From the NCBI GenBank assembly GCA_046497275.1, contig JAWOFX010000111.1, positions 9,720 to 41,719 of the forward strand: a DNA stretch of 32,000 bases, read 5' to 3'. Shown here piece by piece: positions 28,095-32,000 of this stretch. Numbering within the stretch: the stretch's first letter is position 1; each line of letters begins with the position of its first letter. The DNA comes from Promethearchaeia archaeon (GTDB lineage Archaea > Asgardarchaeota > Lokiarchaeia > Sigyniarchaeales > SOKP01). Under the pieces are notes generated by a model. It was not told the DNA's origin and did no database searches. It saw only the letters and a list, made by a program, of their open reading frames with translations. The translations under genes were made by a program, and so were the position numbers.

Positions 28095-28108
28095 AGGTGA
28101 TAAGATAA

Positions 28109-28378
28109 GTGGAAAAAAGATTTGAAGAATTTCCGGGAGTTAGCTGGGTGCCCCCCTCCGAAGAGTTTATAAAGATTGAAGAAGTACTCTGTACTGGATG
28201 TGCCGCTTGCGTAATGGTGTGTTTAGCTAGCTGCTTTGAGATTAGAAATAAAAAAGCTAAAATAAAGAGTTTAGAAAAATGTATGGAATGCAGTTCTTGC
28301 TGGTATATTTGTCCTACAGATGCAATCAAATTCTCTTATCCTTCAGGAGGCACAGGATTTAAGACTAAATACGGATAA
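28109..28378 (+). CDS. 2x[4Fe-4S] ferredoxin (FixX-like)
   Basis: CTGCAACVMVC and CMECSSCWYICP; AGGTGA SD at 28095-28100; 14 nt after the flavoprotein stop. Confidence 0.92.
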   Translation: MEKRFEEFPGVSWVPPSEEFIKIEEVLCTGCAACVMVCLASCFEIRNKKAKIKSLEKCMECSSCWYICPTDAIKFSYPSGGTGFKTKYG

Positions 28379-28574
28379 TTAACTTGATAAATGTAAAAAC
28401 TCTCATTATTTATAATTAGAGAATTCAATATTCTAATGTTGAAAAATATTAAACATAGTTCATTTAGATAAATGGAATAATCTTTTATCAATAGTAAAGA
28501 ATTTGTTATTTGATTTAATTAAAAATAAAACCAAAATTACTTTTTTATCATTTATGGAGTAAAGTTAAAAATTA

Positions 28575-29024
28575 ATGATTGCTCACACACTTATTATAGA
28601 AATTTTTGTCTCGCCCGATGAAGATATTGTTACTATCAAAGAGAAATTCATAAATTTATTTCCATTTGATTTTGAGAAGGAAGAGATAAATCTTCAAGAA
28701 GACACCGCTACTGGATTCAATCAGAAGAGAATTAAAATATTTAGAGTAAATTTATCTAAAAACAGACATGTAAAAGCTTTCTTATTAAATATGGTTAAAA
28801 ATTTACGAAATCATACTAAAGAAGTTATTTTAAACCAAGCAGAGAAAAGATTGGACGAAAATTTTAACTTCTTTTTACGTTTTGATAAAAATAAATTATT
28901 AAATCAAAATATATTTCAATTAACGGAACAAGGAGATTGTATTTTGATAAGATTTAAAATCGCAGCTTTTCCCAAAAATAAGGAAAATGCGTTAGCTATC
29001 ATAAATGAATTATTATTAGACTAG
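28575..29024 (+). CDS. Archaeal RNA-binding protein, COG1325 (DUF54; predicted exosome-associated)
   Basis: IFVSPDED...TATGFN..I.I...RLDENFNFFLRFDK..GDCI.I.FKI follows the family layout. Confidence 0.7.
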   Translation: MIAHTLIIEIFVSPDEDIVTIKEKFINLFPFDFEKEEINLQEDTATGFNQKRIKIFRVNLSKNRHVKAFLLNMVKNLRNHTKEVILNQAEKRLDENFNFFLRFDKNKLLNQNIFQLTEQGDCILIRFKIAAFPKNKENALAIINELLLD

Positions 29025-29158
29025 AATTCTATTTATACTTTTTTTATAATTTGTAATGAGAATATTTTAAAAAATCTAATTTTCATATAATAACTACCTA
29101 ATAACATAAAATATTTACATAAAATTCTTACATAAATTAAAAAGTATAAAATTTTAGT

Positions 29159-29653
29159 GTGAAAAAAATGGTTCGATATATTAGAAAAGGAAAAAAGACC
29201 CATGCTAAGGATGAAAACTTTAAACAAGATAATGTTGGAGAGGAAAAAGAGCGATATCAAATAAGTGTAGATTTAATCTCTTTAAAAACTCTCACTGATG
29301 AGGATATTGGGTTTACCGGCGAATTTTATTTTAAGACGGATGGTCCTGGCAATATGTTTAAAGCAAGATATCCTCATGCAGGTGAAATTAAGCTTGCAAA
29401 AAATCAAACTTTTACATCCAAAGCAGATATGAATGTTTGGAGTCAATTTGAAACAATAAGAAGGGGAGAAGATAAAAACATAACATTGGAAGTTGAATTG
29501 AGGGAAAAAGATCCATTGAGAAAAGACGAGGTTATAGCAGAACAAGAAATAAAGATAAATTTACCGGAAAAGACTAGATATATAATTTTACAAGATAAAG
29601 ATGAACAAACAAAAGCAAAGTTAAGAATCCAGTCAACTCGTACGCGTTATTAA
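29159..29653 (+). CDS. Hypothetical protein with a C2-domain-like beta-sandwich
   Basis: LKTLTDEDIGFTGEFYF and LEVELREKDPLRKDEVIAEQEI resemble C2 Ca-binding loops 1 and 3. Likely start is the ATG at 29168. Confidence 0.55.
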   Translation: MKKMVRYIRKGKKTHAKDENFKQDNVGEEKERYQISVDLISLKTLTDEDIGFTGEFYFKTDGPGNMFKARYPHAGEIKLAKNQTFTSKADMNVWSQFETIRRGEDKNITLEVELREKDPLRKDEVIAEQEIKINLPEKTRYIILQDKDEQTKAKLRIQSTRTRY

Positions 29654-29831
29654 ATTTTGATGAGTATTAAAAATTATTATTGTTTTTATTTTAATCTTTG
29701 AAAATTTTATTATCTAATTTTAAAAAACTATTTAATCTCATTAAATTAAGTTTAGAAAATAAAAATTATAAAACTTCAATTATTTTATATTTCTGTCTAA
29801 AATTATTATAAATATTATAGATGAATAAATT

Positions 29832-30899
29832 ATGAGATTAAAAGTCATTCTCTCTCTATTTTTAATAGGATCTCTTTTTTTTACACCACTAACAAGATCA
29901 ACAGAAGCGCTATTAAATAAAATAGATACTTCTATTGAAAACGGCAAAATAGAAATGAGAACGACTGCTGGATACAACTGGTGGTATTATATTCCAGAAA
30001 GCCTTCATAAATCTGATTTTACATACATTTTTTTAGAAGAAAGTCATGCACAAATAGAAGATTATAATAATCTCACAGAAGATGCAAAAATTAATTTAGA
30101 AGGATGGAAGATAATTTCTGAAATGAAAAAATATATATTGGTAACTGTTGCTATACCTCGAAATTTTTCCAGAGGTTATTATCCACAAGGTATAAATTGG
30201 TATTCCCTTAACAATTCAACTCCGGAATTTTATTATCGACCGGATTTAAAGGTTAATACTATTATCTCGGAATTTTTAAGTAATCTTACAAATGCGGGAT
30301 ATTCTATATCCGAAAAAATCCTTGTATCTGGCTTTTCTGCGGGAGGGATGTGGGCAAATCGATATACTTTACTACATCCTGATAGGATCAAAGCAGTAGC
30401 TATAGGTCAAGCAGGAGGATGGCTCGCTATGCCAATTTCTGAATATAACGGTTCAGAATTAAATTGGCCTATGGGGATAAATGATTTTTATAATTTAACG
30501 GGTAGTGAGTATTACAAGCAAGAATTATTAAAAAGTGTTCCGCAGTTTATATTTATTGGAGATAGTGATAATTCTTCAACTTATCATACCGAACCCTGGC
30601 TTACTGAAGAGGAAATAAAAATATGGGGAAATAGTGATCCTGAACGCTTAGAAACTCAATGCAATTATCTTCAAAATTCCAGTTATAATGTAAGGTTTAA
30701 AAAATACAGTGATGTGGAACATTCTTTTACAATAAATATGAAATTAGATGTTTTGGAGTTTTTTGATGTGATCCTTGGTGATGATGGAGGGACTATTTCT
30801 AATTTTCCATTCTCTATTTTTTTTTCAATCGCATTACTTTCGTTGATAGCTATAGTAAAATACTCTCAGAAACATCGGAAATTAATAAATTCTAATTAA
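29832..30899 (+). CDS. Secreted, C-terminally anchored alpha/beta hydrolase (esterase-like)
   Basis: N-terminal signal-like peptide, GFSAGG nucleophile, FIGDSD acid, VEHSF His, C-terminal TM with basic tail. Confidence 0.75.
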   Translation: MRLKVILSLFLIGSLFFTPLTRSTEALLNKIDTSIENGKIEMRTTAGYNWWYYIPESLHKSDFTYIFLEESHAQIEDYNNLTEDAKINLEGWKIISEMKKYILVTVAIPRNFSRGYYPQGINWYSLNNSTPEFYYRPDLKVNTIISEFLSNLTNAGYSISEKILVSGFSAGGMWANRYTLLHPDRIKAVAIGQAGGWLAMPISEYNGSELNWPMGINDFYNLTGSEYYKQELLKSVPQFIFIGDSDNSSTYHTEPWLTEEEIKIWGNSDPERLETQCNYLQNSSYNVRFKKYSDVEHSFTINMKLDVLEFFDVILGDDGGTISNFPFSIFFSIALLSLIAIVKYSQKHRKLINSN

Positions 30900-31005
30900 T
30901 TCAATAATTATTTTTCATTCCATTTCTTTCTTTTCTAGAAATAATAGATTAAAATTGACTTTGAACTAATCTCATACCGATAAAAATAAGATTTACAGGA
31001 AAAAA

Positions 31006-31281
31006 TTATTTTTCCTCTTCCTTTTCAGACTTTTTTTTCTCAAACATGTCTAAAATTACTTCGAGATTTATATTGTTAAATGCTTCAAATCCCAAATCGA
31101 ATAAGTTCTTAACTGAATCATGAGCCATATTACTTATACCTGTATCAACATCCAGTTTAGTTAATAAGTCTTTTACATCTTCTTTCGTGAAATTGGGAGG
31201 ATTCTCGCTTTTAAACTGTTCAATTAATTTAGATACATCCAAATTAGCTTTTTCAAATTTATAGTCAGGTTCTTCATCCAT
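31006..31281 (-). CDS. Small acidic hypothetical protein (91 aa)
   Basis: ATG start 29 nt downstream of the PlsC-like gene on the same strand; protein-like composition. Confidence 0.65.
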   Translation of the reverse strand: MDEEPDYKFEKANLDVSKLIEQFKSENPPNFTKEDVKDLLTKLDVDTGISNMAHDSVKNLFDLGFEAFNNINLEVILDMFEKKKSEKEEEK

Positions 31282-31310
31282 TTTATTTCACTCGATTTTT
31301 AAATTATATC

Positions 31311-31991
31311 TTATTCAGGATTTTTTAAAGCATCGATTATTTTTATTATTCCTTCAGCTAAATCATACCGCTGATCTCGATATTTATCTCTATTTAATTT
31401 TTTTTCTATATCCAGTGGGTTTCCCACTCTCACAACGAGTCCATCAACATCAATTATATTAAATATTTTCGTTTTGCGAGTTATAACAGCAACAGGAATT
31501 ATGGGGGCATTACCTGCTATTGCAAATTTTATAATGGACGCCATTGCTTTAATCTGGGTTTCTTCGTCAAGTTTAGATGGTGGAGTCATTGCTACAAGAT
31601 CATTTTTTTGGTTGAGATATTCAAAAACTTTATCGACAGGTTCTTGATCTTCTTTGCTTTCTGTGCTTCTAAACATCCCCAAGGTTTTTAAAATTGGTCC
31701 GTAAACAGGGTGTCGAATTAATTTTGGATCTAGCATAAAATGAATTTGTCTACCCGATAATTGAACAATAGCTATCATATCTCTAAGGACATTATCACTA
31801 ATGGTGGTGAGTATTGCTTTATCATGTAGAGGGATTTTTTCTTTCCCTTCAATCTTTAAATTTGTAAATGCTTCTAATGCTAATCCAGCAACACCATTTG
31901 CTAAACCATAAAGAACTTTATTAAAATTTTCCCGACCCCCTATCTTATCAAAAACTTTATTTCCTTCTTTTTCTTCTTCCACTTCAGTCAT
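31311..31991 (-). CDS. PlsC-like (glycerolipid acyltransferase fold) protein with degenerate catalytic motifs
   Basis: LKIEGKEKIP, IHFMLDPKLIRHPVYGPIL..LG.F, APIIPVAV and V.VGNPL fit the LPLAT scaffold; HxxxxD and FPEGTR are missing. Confidence 0.7.
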   Translation of the reverse strand: MTEVEEEKEGNKVFDKIGGRENFNKVLYGLANGVAGLALEAFTNLKIEGKEKIPLHDKAILTTISDNVLRDMIAIVQLSGRQIHFMLDPKLIRHPVYGPILKTLGMFRSTESKEDQEPVDKVFEYLNQKNDLVAMTPPSKLDEETQIKAMASIIKFAIAGNAPIIPVAVITRKTKIFNIIDVDGLVVRVGNPLDIEKKLNRDKYRDQRYDLAEGIIKIIDALKNPE

Positions 31992-32000
31992 TTTTATTAT

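Noticed and set aside
28424-28443. Imperfect inverted repeat TTCAATATT-CT-AATGTTGAA after the ferredoxin
   Set aside because: AT-rich with one mismatch and a 2-nt loop; too weak to call a terminator or operator.
26666-29977. Minus-strand track ORFs 26666-26893, 28087-28329, 29033-29260, 29282-29545 and 29780-29977
   Set aside because: Antisense to or overlapping better-supported genes; low-complexity translations. The same applies to 4985-5209 inside thiD.
31006-31281. Acyl-carrier-protein identity for the small acidic protein (HDSV motif, next to a PlsC-like gene)
   Set aside because: Lacks the LGxDSL consensus, the serine lies too far toward the C-terminus and downstream helix spacing does not fit.
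1-32000. tRNA, rRNA, CRISPR arrays, IS elements
   Set aside because: No GC-rich structured segments, regularly spaced repeats, transposase ORFs or terminal inverted repeats seen by eye; a covariance-model scan was not possible.

Overview
AT-rich (roughly 30% GC by eye), gene-dense archaeal chromosomal region. Gene content and style point to an Asgard archaeon, most likely Lokiarchaeia/Promethearchaeia; this is inference, not a database result. The supporting features are archaeal COG1325-type and stand-alone THUMP proteins, an HdrD-like oxidoreductase, GGAGGT/AGGTGA Shine-Dalgarno sites, oligo-T terminators, stand-alone 7TM proteins, small Zn-ribbon proteins and a degenerate small-GTPase-like protein. 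The window holds about 36 genes, mostly unlinked housekeeping, metabolic and transport functions (thiD, Sir2/CobB, class III aminotransferase, Fe-ADH, HdrD-like, FixC/FixX-like pair, MFS, DMT, SLC13, Na/Ca exchanger). I saw no rRNA, tRNA, CRISPR array or intact transposase. Reading beyond the ORF track added three real-looking genes under 60 aa (two single-TM microproteins at 867-1156 and a ribbon-helix-helix protein at 26109-26279), a multiply disrupted pseudogene (15456-16254) and a perfect 7-4-7 palindrome upstream of a wHTH regulator. The most interesting items are eukaryote-like or catalytically degenerate proteins: a pseudo-GTPase, a C2-domain-like protein, two tandem stand-alone 7TM proteins, a PlsC-like protein without its catalytic His, and a FixC/GGR-like flavoprotein with proline-punctuated 11-mer amphipathic repeats. 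I cannot support a single integrated novel system; these are separate leads.
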